From assembly GCF_009914755.1 (NCBI RefSeq), contig NC_060937.1: a DNA stretch of 64,000 nucleotides. One strand, written 5' to 3'. Below the pieces are notes generated by a model. That model ran no database searches, was not told the origin of the DNA, and saw only the letters and a list, made by a program, of their open reading frames with translations. This DNA comes from the human T2T-CHM13v2.0 reference genome, Homo sapiens. The position numbers and the translations under genes are program-made. Positions 41,149 to 55,300 of the stretch are shown here, piece after piece. The stretch's first letter is position 1. Every line of letters starts with the position of its first letter.

Positions 41149-41999
41149 AGCACCAATAATGCTACCACAGCCTCCTTCACCACCATAGCCACCAACACAG
41201 CCATAGCCACCGTTGCCACTATGGCCCCTTCACCACCATAGTCATCATCCTCACCATAACTACCCTTCATCACCACAGCCAACATTACCATCACAGTCAC
41301 CATTTCTACCCCAGTCACCATCTTCATCACAGCCACCTTTAACACCATCCTCACCATGGCCATCACCACAACCACAGCCACTAGCCCCAACATGGCCACC
41401 TTCTCCACCAAAGTCACCATCCTTGCCACAGCTGCCTCCATCACCACAACCAACATTAGCATCAGAGTCACCATCCCCACCACAGCCACCTTCACCATCA
41501 CAGCCACCAACACAACCACAGCCACCATCCTCACCATGGCTGCCTTCATTACCACAGCCACTACAGCCATTTTCACTACCATAGCCACCATTCTCACCAC
41601 AGCCAGCAACACAACTGAGGTTACCACCCCCCTCACAGATGCCTTCATCACTACAGTTGACATTACCATTAGTCACCATCCTCTCACTACAGTCACCGTC
41701 ACTACCACAGTCACCACAGCTACCTTTACCACCATAGCTAATAAGGCCACCACAGCCAGCACCCCCACCACGGCCATCTTCACCACCATAGTTACCTTCA
41801 CAAGCACAGTTACCTTCTCCACCACAGCTACCTTCATCACCACCCCCACCATAGTCACCAAAACAACCACAGCTACCATCCTCACCACAATCACCCTCAC
41901 CTCCAGAGCCAATATCACTACTGCAGTCACCTTTACCACCATGGCAACCATCACCTCCACAGTCCCTTCATCTCCAGAGCCACCATCACCACCACCCCT
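41149..41999. repeat. Degenerate (ACC/CAC)n triplet-periodic low-complexity tract, ~850 bp
   Basis: Recurring cacagccacc(t/a)tc(a/c)(c/t)caccat units and extreme C-over-G skew. Confidence 0.9.
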
Positions 42000-42849
42000 A
42001 ACATTATTATGATCTTGATTTTGACATATAACATCAGACTTAATTACATGTGAGTTTTGGGGAGGAATTGAGTGCAAGCTTTTCTCTTTCTCTAAAAAAA
42101 ACGTACTTACTAAGCAACTAAATAGTTTAAACAAGATTGCAGAAGACATGCTGAACTTACCCAAGGGGTCAGATGTAATCACTATGTTTAATTTCAAAAA
42201 TACTTTCATTTATTCCTTAGCAGATATTCCAAAGTCTGACTCTTACCCAACATCTGACAAAACTAACTGGGGTTACTTTGTATTTTAGGAAAGTAGTAAT
42301 GTTATATTTCTTCATCTTCCATAAAATTAGTCTAAGTGGGTGAGATTTTAACAATGCATACACAGAAAATCACACATATGTTCTACTTTGAGTATAAAGA
42401 AAAAAATGCTTGTCACTTAATTTCTAAAATGCTTTTGATCATAATCATCCTACTTTTCCCATTTTTTTTTTCCTGATCTTCCCTTGCTGAAAGTTGTCAA
42501 GACAGTGGACCAGGCCTGCACCTTACTAATGTCAAGCTAAGAGTGTGAGAGAGACTGCTCCACATGGGCCACTGGCTTGCTGGCCTAAGACAGCTGGTCT
42601 TCAGACTAGATTTAACACTGTTCAAAAGCATCGGCTTATTTAGGAAGGAGCCCTTTGACATAATCATCATTAGTCATACGCACTTTTATGATCAGCAGTT
42701 TTTAATGGTATCCTGCAGTTATCCAAATATTTATTAGTCCTGTCAATATGATTTACACAAGGCTTCAAAAAGAATTCTGATTTTTAAGCGGATTATTAAA
42801 AAATTATGACATGTTGACCTATCCTCATGAATGAAAATAAAAATACTGC

Positions 42850-43580
42850 AAATTTATGTGTAAATAAAACCATAATGAGATATCACTATAAATTTACTAC
42901 AGTAGTGAAAAAAGACAAACTGACCATGCCAGTGCTGCCTGATGAGGATGCAGAACTGGAGTTTGCAGACAGTCCCGAGGGAATGCATGATGGTACAGAC
43001 GCTTGGGAAAAGAGTTTGGCGGTTTCTCTGAAAGTAAAACACACTTGCCATATGACCCAACAATCACATTCCTAGGATTTACTCAAGTAAAATGAAAAAT
43101 TATGTCTACACAAAAAGCCTGTAAGTGAATGTTTATAGCAGATTTATTCCCATTTGTCCTAAACTGGAAACTATCCATCCACTAACTATTGACTAGACAA
43201 ACAAACCACAGCTCTTTCTTACGGTGGAATACTGCTCAGCATCAGAAGGAATGAATGCCTGATACGTACAGCATCATGGATCAGTCTTAGATTCATTATG
43301 CTAAAGAAAGAAGCCCAACTCAACAGGTTGCCTACTGTTCAATTCCCCTTATATGATATTCTGGAAAAATAAAAGCTATAAGGGTAGAAAACAGAGCAGT
43401 GGTTGCTGGGAGTGGGGCTGACTCAAAAGGGGCAAGAGGCAGCGAGTGCTGGAACTGATTTATATATTGATTGTGGTAGTGGTGGTTACGTGACTGTATG
43501 CATTTGTCAAACTTCATAGAAGGTATGTCTAAAAAGAATATATTTCATTGTATGTAAATTTTACCTCAATAAACCTAACG
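42850..43580 (+). mobile_element. Old L1 (L1MB/ME-type) 3' end
   Basis: catatgacccaacaatcacattcctagg, gaatgtttatagcagatttatt, catttgtcaaacttcatagaa...tgtaaattttacctcaataaa. Confidence 0.8.
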
Positions 43581-44578
43581 AAAGAATTCAGTGTGGTAAC
43601 CTGAAGAAAAATAAGAGTTTAAAATATGTATAGTCTTTACTTGTACACCTAAAAGTACAAATGAAAGTCAAAAGCCTCACTATCCCTGTGGCAGAGACAG
43701 GTTAACTTCACTGCCAGTTTAAGATCAGGTAAAGGCTACCGTGTTACCATGGATACAAGCTCTTATTCTCTTTTGTATGAAACCTTTCATATTATTAAAT
43801 TGTGACTCACATGGTGCAGGGGTAAACTCGGAAACTTCCAGACAAAGTCACCCAAGAGTTTTTCCATGTTAGGAACCCTGCCCATAGTGTTTTCTTCATG
43901 AACACATGCAAAACTGTGTGACGTCAGTGAACATATCCTTAAGGGGTTAAAGAAAGAAAGGTTAGAAAATTTTTGGCTAAACTGAAGGCGATTCCAAAAG
44001 CTGTCTGCTAGTCCTAAGGTCATTAAGGCTCTTTCTTTTTTTGTTGTTTGTTACAGAAATAATTTCCCAAACATAGACTGGAAATGGTGACATATGGGAG
44101 GCTGACCCCTCCTCTCTCTGTCATCTTTCATGTGAAACCATGATTTTCTGATTTATACAGTGGATAGTGTGGAGATTGAAGGCAGGTTTTAAAGTCAGGC
44201 TAATTCTTTGTGGTGGGATTCAAATTAGCAAATTGTGGTCATTTATTCATACAAGGTAGATCATGATAGAAACAAGACTTTAAAAAGCACTTATATTTTA
44301 AAACTCTGTAAAAGATGTTCTGCCACAGAGATAGCCATACACCGCCTAACAACCAGTAAACATTAACATCATAGCAGCCACCGGGGACCCAGTGCTTTCT
44401 GTAGGTTAAAGAGGCACACCTCTCAGGCCTTGGCTCTCCCGCTCCCTGTCTTGCTCTTCATGATCCAGGATCCCACACAGCCCAGAGCTCCCACAGGCAC
44501 CATGCTAGGCTTGCCTCCAGGTCTTTGTCTATTCATTCCCTCATTTGACACAGATATTTTGACTGTCTACTACGTGTC

Positions 44579-44992
44579 TGTTATGGATTGAATTGTGCCC
44601 TGCACCCCAGCCCCAAATCCAAATGTTGAAGTCCTAGCCCCTACTACCACAGAATGTGACCTTATCTGGAAATAAATCTTTGCAGATATAAGTAATTAAG
44701 ATGAGGTCATCCTGGAGCAGAGTGGACCCCTAATCCTACATGAACAGTGTATTTATAAAAAGCAGAAATTTGGACACACACACACGGAGAATGACAAGGG
44801 ATGATGAAGGCAGAGAGCAGGGTGATGTTTCCACAAGTCAAGGAAGGCCAAAGATTTCCAGCCAACCTCCAGAATCTGGGAGAGAGGCAGGAGTCAGACT
44901 CTTCCTTACAGCCTCAGAAGGAACCACCCCTGCTTTTGGACCCTAGATCTTGGACTTGTAGCCTTCAGAACTGTGAGACAATACATTTCTGT
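44579..44992 (+). mobile_element. MLT1-family (ERVL-MaLR) solo LTR, 3'-truncated
   Basis: tgttatggattgaattgtgccc...gttgaagtccta...agaatgtgaccttat.tggaaata...ttaagatgaggtcat...gaactgtgagacaatacatttctg. Confidence 0.88.
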
Positions 44993-46797
44993 CTCAACTA
45001 CATTTTTAGCTATATAAAGTACATTTCCTACTGACAAGGAGATTCTGAAAAGTTATGAGAAGCTCCCTTAACTGAATCCCTCCATCAGGAGGATGGCTCA
45101 GGTGGTGATTTGGAACACTGCTCCTTTGTGGACCAGGCACGTGGCTCCTCAGTGCTTCTGCAACCCTGACTGAGCAGCTCACCCTCGCCTCCTCTGACTT
45201 CTTTTAGGTTTGAATTTGCAATAACCTAAAAGACTTTATACACTTTTAAAGCAACTGGGATAATCTTTTCTAGAGGGAGAAAGGGAGAGTTGTGTAAAGT
45301 GTGACATAGTGGCTTTTGGGCTAGGTCTGGCGTCATGGTCTTTGGGGAAATCGACGGCCTCTCATCTTGGCGAGGGCGCCAACAAACACCCAATGTTGGG
45401 GCACATGGACAACCCCAGAAGTCTCACACAGCAGCTGTTACATCGATTTTCAAGTACAGAGACCTGAGCAATAACTGTAATGACATTTTCCTGGCTGGCT
45501 CTGACCTCTGAATCTCACTGATTAGTCTAACACACACTGTGAACATCAACCAGTTAGGACTCTAAGCCAAGACTCAAAAATTGCTTTAAAATGGCAGAAG
45601 ATGTTTAAGATATAATTTGTACGAGTTGGTTATTAACTTGTTCACTTCCCAATCCGTGATTCTTTTTTATACTCTCCCTCTCAATTATTTTTCCCTGTTA
45701 GGTTGATGTTTCTGTAGTAGTTACCTCTAATCACTAAGATACTTCTGTAGGCAATCCATGCTCTGGATGTTACAGAGCAGTCAATATGGATGGGGGAATT
45801 AAAAAAAATTGACTCTATATATTTTAACTTTCCATCATTCTACTTATATTTCCCTTGTTTAAATAAAAACAATCTTTTTTTTTTCAGAAAATATTGATTG
45901 GATTTGTATATTCAGAGGGATAATTTAAAAATACCCATGATGATAATATATGCTCTGTTATTCTAAGGTAACTCAAAGGCCCAAACACCTTAAGAATATC
46001 AGGTACCAATTGACGTTTTCAGATACAAATCTGACTGTGAATCTTTGACTCTATTCCCTCACTGCCAACAGTCAGATTTTCCCCTCCTGTGGACATTTTA
46101 TATCCCACAGTACCTGTTCCTTTTCCCTACTCCAAAGCCCTCAACTTTCATTTCCTTTTTAACAATTGCCATAAATATACATCTTTAAATTCAGTATGCC
46201 AGGATGAGGTCTGGCACTCTTCAACAAAAACACAGCTATTGCCCTGTTTCTAAAGTTATTTATCCCCCAAAACTCTGATGCTTCATGTATTCCATCAACA
46301 AACACTTCTTAAACACGTAATGTGCTCAAAGAACCTGACTAGATCCTAAGTGTAATACAGAAAAAGTGGAAACAATATAATTTACATTTACACTAACCTT
46401 GAAGACAGACAAACAAACTGCTTTTGTAAAATCAGTTGTCGTGCTTTGAAGTTAAAAGTTCTAAGATTACAAAATGCTTGTATCATGCAGGGATCTGCTA
46501 GGTATTTGCCATGGGGCTATATTTCACATGCAGCCTTTCAATCTCCTAAATCCAAATCATTTTCCTTTATTTCCTACCTCCAGGGTGATTTCTTCAACAT
46601 ATTTTATTGGCTTGGCTTTTCTCCAGATTCTACCCTTCCACAAACAGTCATTAGCACTTTTCTGTCCTAGTAACATAGCTTTTTGGTTGTCATTTCTTCT
46701 CCTTCACCCTTTCCAGCACACGGCTGCCTTTCTATTTTCATTTAATACACATATCTCTTTCTCTCAAAAAAAAAAAAAAAAAATCTGGGCCAGGTAC

Positions 46798-46982
46798 CTG
46801 CTGCATGCCTTGCATGGTTTGCTGCAGAAACTGCAGTTGCTGGTCCTTGGTGAGGTTTTCTTCTGTTCGGAAAAGCTGTTCTTTTTCTTGTTTCAGCAGC
46901 TCCACCTCATTCCTGTAGGCATCCAGCTGCCAGCGGAGACTGTCATTCTCCTCTTTCAGAGCGTAGGCCTGGGCAGCCAGGG
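46798..46982 (-). CDS. ENOX1: ENOX1 internal coding exon (185 nt, starts in phase 1, ends in phase 0): (A)LAAQAYALKEENDSLRWQLDAYRNEVELLKQEKEQLFRTEENLTKDQQLQFLQQTMQGMQQ
   Basis: Minus-strand acceptor ...tgtttgtccctcag at 46983-46984 and donor CAG|GTACCT at 46796-46797. The frame is open, and the peptide matches recalled ENOX1 and is close to ENOX2 (AYALKEENDSLRxQLDAYRNEVELLKQE). It joins in frame to the next exon. Confidence 0.96.
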
Positions 46983-48609
46983 CTGAGGGACAAACAGAAC
47001 GAGTTCAGGTGAGCTACCTTCTTGCTTAGCTTGAGGAGGCCTTCTGTGGGAAAGGGAGTCTGTCACCCAAGTTCTTAATGTTTGTACCAGCTCAGAAATA
47101 AAAGCAAAATGCCATTCCCCGGGCCTCTCTTTTGTAGTCGGTATGCATCACTTCTCTCGGAACTTTTATCTATTCTGTTTGTCCTGTCTTACATGTGAAT
47201 GTTTCTTATGGGCACAGGATTAATTCCTCCCAAATTCTCATCCCTTGACCTCTCCCTCAATGCTAGACACCCTCACAGACATTGGTATGTGGTGCTAGGT
47301 GGTGACAACATTTAGAATTCCAGGCAACAATCATATCTACTAAATATTGTCTTCCCCCTTTCTACGGGATTGCTTAGCTACTTGGAGGGCTGCTTGCTTT
47401 CAAATAATCAGCAGTTCCACAGGTTGAGACATGCGGCAGCATCCCAGGGGAGAGAGGAAATTATATGCACACCACTCCTTCCTGCTCTACTGCTGGGACA
47501 AATTGCACAGATTGTTTTCCTCCAACTCCTATCAGAATGGGAAGCTAGTTCCATCTGTTTCACCAACAGATTAAAACTCTTTTCCTCTACAAGGCTGAGT
47601 GGTTACTCTAATACCTCTCCCTGAAACCCCAAATTCTCCACATTTAGATTCGGACTTCATTCATATGTCTATCTTATTAAGAAACCAAGACAGTTAACTC
47701 AGGGTCTCACACATCTCAAGGCTTCAGAAATAGCCGAAACTAAAAAAGAAACAAATGGTACCAAACAAAGATTGAGGGTAGGGAAATCCCTTTCCCTAGT
47801 TTCTACCTTATTGCTTAGGGGTCTCTCCGAAAATCAACATAGCCTGCTGAGCACTCATAAAGCACTGGATCAAGAGCTTTGTATGAACTCACTCACTTCA
47901 TACCCCCACCAAGCCTGTGATGCCGGTGCTGGTCTTATGCTCATCTTTACAGATGAGAAAAATGTGGCACAGAGAAGTTATGTAACTCATCCAATCCCAC
48001 AAAGTAAGTAGCAGAAAGCCTTCACACCCAGGCTGCAGGCTCCAGAGTCTCTGCTCTCGATTACCATCGGTCCATGTGTTTAGTTCTTACCAGGCTGTTC
48101 AAAACCAGTCTCACATTCCCCCACCAACTCTCCCACCACTCTCCCTTTAATCTTCCCCCTCACAGAAAAGCCATTCCCCACTTGTGTAAGCAAGAGAAAA
48201 GTGAAAGAAAATTTGAAACGCTTGTTACCAGAAACTTCAAACATGTAACTGCCAGTAGATAAGGGCACGGTGTGGAGCCCACTGCACACCAGGTCGTCAG
48301 TGCATGCGCGTTTCCAGCCCCCGCTCCCCGTGTCAGAGGACCAAATCAAGGTCGCCTCCTGAGTGTTCTACCTGCACATTACAGTTCCATGGTGATAAAG
48401 CTTTACTGAGGTTCTCTGAGACCACAGTGAATTCTCTCCTCAAATATCAAATGTCAAATTATGTTAATAATAGTTTTATAGTTGAGTGTTTTACAGTACT
48501 CCATCTTGCAAAATGATAATCTCTGTGTAGTACACACTGAACTACTAATCAGACAGAACATGCAATTACCCAGAAATTTCCCTACCTCAAGCCAGTAGGG
48601 ATCAATTAC

Positions 48610-49220
48610 TTAACACGCATTTACTTCATATTTACTGTGCTCAGGTCCGTGAGGGCATCTCAGACCACAAAAAGAGGAGACAGAATACATCTCTTCTCTC
48701 AAAGAGCTTAATCTAGTAGAAACTGACACATTTAAAAAGAAACTATTGCTTTCAAAGGAAGAAAGGATAGTGTGATGTCTGGAATACAGCAGACACTCAA
48801 TAAATGTTGGTTGAATGAATAAATGAATAAATAAATGAGTCGAGATGCATGACAAAAAAATGCATCCTATAGGAGTTCAGAGAAGAGAAATAAAAATTCA
48901 GACTGAAGGAATAAAAGAGGGCTTTGGAAGATGAAAACCCCAAGAACTTGGAAAGGATGTCTCTCAGTCAGAAGCCAGAGCATAAGCAAAAGCCCAGATA
49001 TGAAAATCAAAGGTAGAACACTTGGGGCAAGAAGGAGAGAAACTCGACCAAAAGCCAAGTGTTTGCCTGGAAGCAGTGAGAGAAAGGGAATCCACGTCAG
49101 GTGATGGGAGAAGATGGGGAAGGTTAGGTTCAATGGAGTGGCCAATTGAGAACCACTGACAGCGCTTGGAGTAGTGGAAGGACATGATGAAATTGGGATT
49201 TAGGAACATTAGTTTGGCAA
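48610..49220 (-). mobile_element. L2 LINE fragments, with a short opposite-strand L2 3' end at ~48780-48840
   Basis: Purine-rich L2 motifs and cactcaataaatgttggttgaatgaat. Confidence 0.55.
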
Positions 49221-52181
49221 TGGTGCATGGAATGAACTGGAGGCTGAAGAGAATGAATAAAGGAGATTTCATTTGGTGTATGTGTGTGCAAAACCAAGGA
49301 GCAGCCACTTTTACAGTTTTCAGAGACCTACTCATAAAATCAGAAATTATCCAGCACATAACCCGCAGCATGAGCCAGTGCTTTTTAACATTGTGCAGCC
49401 CAGCTTCAGATCTTGTCCACACCCTGAGATACCACCTCCTGACAGCTCCGTTTACCAAGCCATAAGGAAATGGTTATGAGGATTCATTTGTGAGAGGGAT
49501 GTTGTAATAGGGCAAAATCACAGAAAATGCAAATGATGAAGAAAGTGTTGGCACTGCATAGGCACATTACTACATTTAGTAGCATTCAAAGACACTTAAG
49601 TCATTTCCTTAGGAAGCTCTATTTGGCCCTTTTTCAATTCAGAGTGGCATTTTTATTATCATAACTGATAGCAGGTGTTTGTGAAGAAATCGATTAGTAC
49701 GCAGGGATGGAAATTACATTTTCCAAATGAATTGCATAGTCTGCAAGATATGCTGAAATCTGTATAGCAAAATGCAAGCAGCTATAAAGCATGTGCCAAC
49801 AGCATTATTTAAATAAATTATCTGAACATAAATACATATAGGAAAGTGTACCATCCATTATTTTAGGGGATCTCTTACAAACCTATGGAATGGTACTGCT
49901 GAGAGTTCTTATTCTTGGCTAAGCCAAGTGACTACAGTGCCTGCCAAGCAGTATATAATATTGTTTGCATTCCCGGAATAGGAATGTGATATCATCATAT
50001 TAAAAAAACCCACAACAGCTGTAATTCCCCCCACCAAAAAAAAAAAAAAAAATCAATACCATAGCAAATTCCATCAACATTTTTATAATTGGGGCACATA
50101 ACTGATTTACATTCCTGATTAAATGATTTCAAGCTTGGTTTTTACAAAAAAATTTTCGTTACTCATGTGGCAGCAAGTAGTTATCTTCTAAAGGGTGAGA
50201 AATTGTATATTGACTCCACTTAGCTTCAGGCCACCTGTTTGTAAACACCACTCAGTGTCATACTGCAGCCCTGAATCTATTCCTCAGACAAGGCTGCCTG
50301 GAAGAGGCTATATTATGTTTCTTGGGCCAGAGCGCTAACAGAAAAAAAATCCTAATAATTTCTGACTTAATATAACTTCTCAGTATATTAAAAATTCAGA
50401 AATTGGAAAGGGAAACTTTTTATTTCTCTCTCTTCTCTTTCTTTCTTTCTGGAATACTGTACTAAATTAAAGAGTTTTGAAAAAATGTGTCATCAAGCTT
50501 CCATAATAAAATTTACCTTATGAGACTGCACAATGAATCCACTATCCAAATAAGTATAAGGATTAAAAAAAAAAAAGTACAGTGTGCATCTTTCGGTAGG
50601 AATTCCTAAGGAGTGCACCGAGTGCCAATAAATGGAATATGTAAGAGACACCCCATGTGGATTACCAATTTCCGATAATAAAAAAAGAATAGAATTAGAC
50701 ACCTTAAATGTCAACCGGACTGAATGTGATTAAATATTTTGTTGGTGATTTTAAAGGCACTGCTGAATCTAGTGGTGCCTCTGGATTACCATCAATTAAT
50801 TCACCAGCCACCCATTTATGTATTTATTAAGAAAACATGGTGAGGAGCTGTAGCATTCACAAGAAGCTTAAGGCCAGCACAGTCACCCATTTCTACTTAC
50901 TCAGTAATTTAGAAAAATTCTGAATACTGGAATTTTCTGATTGGATCAAAAATGAAATAATAAAATTGGAAAAATTTTGCTAGGCAAGATTGTTATACTT
51001 CAAAACTTAGCACTAGACTAAAAAATGACCAAAGTGACACTAATGTATGAAAATCAATCCAAAGGTTGAACGGCACTGCTGAAGAAAAGGCTTAAAGGTA
51101 TTGCGGCATCTTGTTATATTCTTTACTAGATTCTATATAAACCATTATTCTTTATATTAATTATGGTCAAAGTGACCTCCTCTTCTGTCTCCTGTCTTAC
51201 TGTGTTTCCATGGGAACAGATAATGCCATGCTTAACTTCTTTAAGTAAATAATCTGGAGAAAGCCTTGAAATCTCTTTTACCAGCCTGAGCCAGCCTCAG
51301 AAAAATAGTTAGCAATATATGAAAAATGTAAGTTGTTTTGGGTTATGTCCCAGTAAGCTGACAGTCTGTTAATATCTTTTTCATGCTCAGGCAAGATGTA
51401 ACTAAATAATAAAACATTTTAACATATCGTTTCTAACAATATCTGTGTTTCTCCAGAACTCTTAGTCTTTGTGTGTTTGGGGAACTCTGTGTTTAACATT
51501 CCCCCTCCACTTTGCCAGATGTCCTCCTGAAATGCTGGAAGGACGCTGCTGAACTGTAGATTTCCTTCCCACATGCAAAGAAAGTCTTTTTCAAGAATTT
51601 CATTGGCTGCTACCCAGGAAGGCAGTTGTACCGATAGCCCCTGAACACAGGAGGGCAGAGGCAGGCTGGCCTGGCAAATGTCACCACAATATCTGTGTGC
51701 CTTCAACGGCTGCCTCCTCAGCCACGATCCTGCCTCCTGCTCCACTATGAAAGGGAGCTGTAGTTATGGCCCAGTGACAGGGACTCTCTCCAGCTTCTAT
51801 CTGCTTCTCTGCATTCTGAATCTTCTTGTGAGGTGCCTTGAGGCCTTTAGAGGCTATTCTGTGGCAGAGACATTATCACGCTGTGTACTCAAACTCATGC
51901 TTCTCTTTGTATAGAGCAGTGTTGCTCCTGAGAGGTGACTGCCCTAGAGGGTGCCATGTGAGCAGTCTCATCAATGGAGTGTGAGGGGGAGTGAGGATGC
52001 CTTCTGCACAGTCCCTCAGTCTCTGCCTGCTGCTGGAATAGGCTTGGGTCTCTGAGTCACCACATGGAGGAAAGGTGCCCACAGGCCCAGAATATCTGCC
52101 TTGGACTGTTGTGTGCCCAAAAAGTAACACTTTTTTTTTTGGTTAGGCCATCTTTATACAGCAGCTGGTGTTACTCTAACC

Positions 52182-52368
52182 CAGTGTTCTCCAAACATTG
52201 GCCTGCATTACAAGCTCCTGGCGGGCATATTAAAACACACTTTTCTGGGCCCTACCCTCAGTTTCCAGTTCAGTTTGTCTGGGAGGAAGCCCAAGAATTA
52301 GCATTCTTCCAAGTCCCCCAGGTGGTGCTGATGCTGCTGGTGCAGAGACCACACTTTGAGAGCCACTG
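52182..52368. mobile_element. MER5A hAT-Charlie DNA transposon; partial MER5-like copies also at ~55775-55915 and ~57094-57232
   Basis: TIRs cagtgttctccaaa...tttgagagccactg and a degenerate 8-bp TSD ctctaacc/ctcagacc. Confidence 0.85.
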
Positions 52369-55300
52369 CTCAGACCGCTGCTCATTCTATCCCGATTCCT
52401 AAACTGGGGTTGTGGTTGGCTTGTTTGGAGAAATGCTTCTGAAAGAACCACATGCTTGGCTTGTCATTCTGGTTTTATTCCTTGTTCTCCTTTTGTATGA
52501 GCCCCGACTCCATGTTCTGCACCTGGGAAGGCAGCCCTGTTGCATCCCTGTGCCCAGGTCCCATGAGCTCAGCTTGCCCCGTGCCCTGGCTATCTCCTAT
52601 GGAAGATTTGGGCAAAAGGCACAGTCACTATTCTGCTTTCTTCAAATAACAGTAGCAGTAATGGGAATAGCAACAGTGGTAGTGACAGCTAATGATTTTT
52701 ATGTGCCAGGCACTGAGGTAAGCATATTCTTTACACAGTATCCTTTCACCCTCATGAAAACATGATACAGTCAATATGATTATTATTTCTATTTTCCAGA
52801 TGATGGAAGTGAGTTTCTGGGAGACAGAGGTTGCTGGTTGGAGGTAAAAGGTGTGGCTCTAGGACTATATTCCTCCATGTAATGCCACCAGGCTAGCTTA
52901 GCTCCATGTAAGTGCCGCCCATCCCAGAGAAAGGAGTAAACCAGGGACCCTACTGTAGTGGCTAGTTTGCTCCTAACAGAAGTAAAACATTCAATTTCTG
53001 GCTCTATCTGGGGAGTGTTCTGCTGGAGAGAGACTCTGCTATGAAAGCAGAGAGGATGATCCTGTTTTAAAATAAACATGCAGGTATTTTCTGCAGGACA
53101 AATTTGGGGATGATTTATGGAGAAGTTAAACTCACTCTTCAGGAAATCTTGAGGCCTGGCTGGAACCACTTAGGGATCCTACTTTCTGCCCTGTGTCCCT
53201 CTCCTCTCAAACGGCCACACTGATACCCACTAATCCCAGAGCTCAAGAGCCTGAGTTGCTAATAATGCTTTATTGAGAGAGTTTTGTCCACAGACCCATG
53301 CTGATCTCAGGATTCCCAAAGATCCAGTATGAGACTATTCACCCCATCCATCTGAACTCACCTATGTTTGATTTTTAAGGTGTCTGTGCCTTCAGTTAGA
53401 ATAAAGGTGACAGAAACTCCTCTGCTGTTATGCTGACCTCCCATGAACTCTATCCCCTGAGTCTACTTTGCTTGGGCTAATGAAGGCCAAAGACAAGGAC
53501 CAGTACCATGTCAGAAGATTAACAGAGGCTTGGGGTCCTTCATCATTGGTAGCCTCATTCTCAGTGGCTGCTGTTGCCATCAGTGCCTCCCAGTGGCCAG
53601 GCACAGAGCTGGAAAGTATCCTAGGATGACATCTGCCAACAGCCAGTCTCCTGCTGGAGAGCCTCTTATGGTACCAACAAAGTACAATTGATCTGCTTTT
53701 CAATAATACCTGTATCACCACTGAAGCATCAATCTTCCTCAAATTGCTCACGGAAATTTCTTCTGCTACATTTTTGCAGGATTATTATTATTACAACTTA
53801 GCATTGACATAACATTTCATATGTGCAGTGTGTATTCGAATCTGCACATTAGCTATTATTAGGGAAAGCTAAACAGAAGCACAATGCAGTGTCTATTTCC
53901 ATCTTTGTGTGAGGCCAGCAGAATAAGGGTAATTTCGGGAGTTCAGGGTAAGCTAGATCCTGTTATGATGATGGCTTAAATGTGAGTCTGGAGGCACAAT
54001 GGGCAGCAGGTGACTCAGGAAAAAAAAAATTCTCTGCTCCTTCCTCCAGAGAGCTCTTCCTGAGGAAGTACTCTGCACCAGCAGCAGAACTAGGAGGTGC
54101 TGCTGGGCTGCTGCCACTATGGAGACTTCACATCATGCCTCATCACTTTTCCATTTACATTACTATCCTCTGCTCCGACCCAAAACCATCCCCATTTTCC
54201 TCAGAGGAAAATAAGCAAAGGAAAGAGACATGTTCACTTCTTGCAAAAGCAGGATAAGTCTGTCATTTAAAACACTGTTGAAGGATGCTCTGTCAGGTGA
54301 GGATGCCTTTAGAGTCCTCCGGGAAACACATCAGAAGTGAACGCTGCAAGCATGAGCTGAGCTCCCTACTCTAAGCCAAGCCGGGGACAGGGCAGGGAAG
54401 CAGGGCTCTCAGCCCCTGCCCAGCCTGGCCTGCGCAGCTCCCAGCCCAGCCGCAGGAAGAGCTACAGATATGGAACCTGGTAGAAACTGGTTAGAAGGGC
54501 TCCAGGAGGGGCCATCCTCACACTGTGTAGTGGGAGTCAAATAAGGGAGAGAAGGCTTCTGGCTGGAACATAAGAGCTGGGGGAGGCTCTTTATGGAAGG
54601 CAGTGGTTGAGCTCACACATTGAAAAGCTGAAGGAAAGCAGAGTGGGACTGCTGCACAGTGGACACTGCTTTACCAAAAGATTCGGCGATCTCCAGGAGG
54701 ATGTGCCATGGCTATGGAGAGGCGAGCAGGCTGCTTCCTACTGAGCCCCAAGGCCAGGCAGGAGCATCTCAGGAGGGGGCACTTTTCCCCACTCTTCCTT
54801 TTCTTTTAATTCGATTTTAGTTTTCTTTTTCACTTTCAGTCCCTATTTTGATTTCCAAGATTATAGGGCCATTTAAAAAAAATCTTCTAAAGGCTTTAAA
54901 GATTCTTTTTTAGGAAAGTCAGGCTTAGCTAAGCCAAGCTAGACAATAAAATGACACTGGCTTTCAGGAATTGTACCCCCTCCCCTGCAGACAGTGCACC
55001 TCCCTTGGGTGTAGTACTCCACCATGGGCTTGGCTCTGTGTGACTTCATCCTAACTGACAGTAGTTGGTCTTGGCCAAAGACAGAAACTTTAAACAGCAA
55101 TCCTTCCCTCCAAAACAACTCCTCTCATTTTCTCACCAGTCTACAGTATAAAAGCAGTGATCTCTTTTTCCTCCCATCTTACAAATGTCCTTCCTTTTTA
55201 ACAAGTGGTCATTTCTAATTTTCATCAAGAAACTTTCCCCTTAAGAAGTGTATTTCCCCTCTCCTGCTCTACCCTCTACATAGAAACACACACACGCACA

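Noticed and set aside
41356-42012. 218-aa Thr-rich mucin-like ORF and the overlapping antisense ORFs as genes
   Set aside because: Open frames follow automatically from stop-poor ACC periodicity. There is no signal peptide or exon context, and the tract is intronic.
46474-46986. 170-aa plus-strand ORF
   Set aside because: It is the antisense shadow of the ENOX1 exon plus intron sequence that includes a poly-A run.
48260-48360. Small CpG-enriched patch with an NRF1-like TGCATGCGCG as an internal promoter
   Set aside because: Far too short for a CpG island, and the motif is imperfect.
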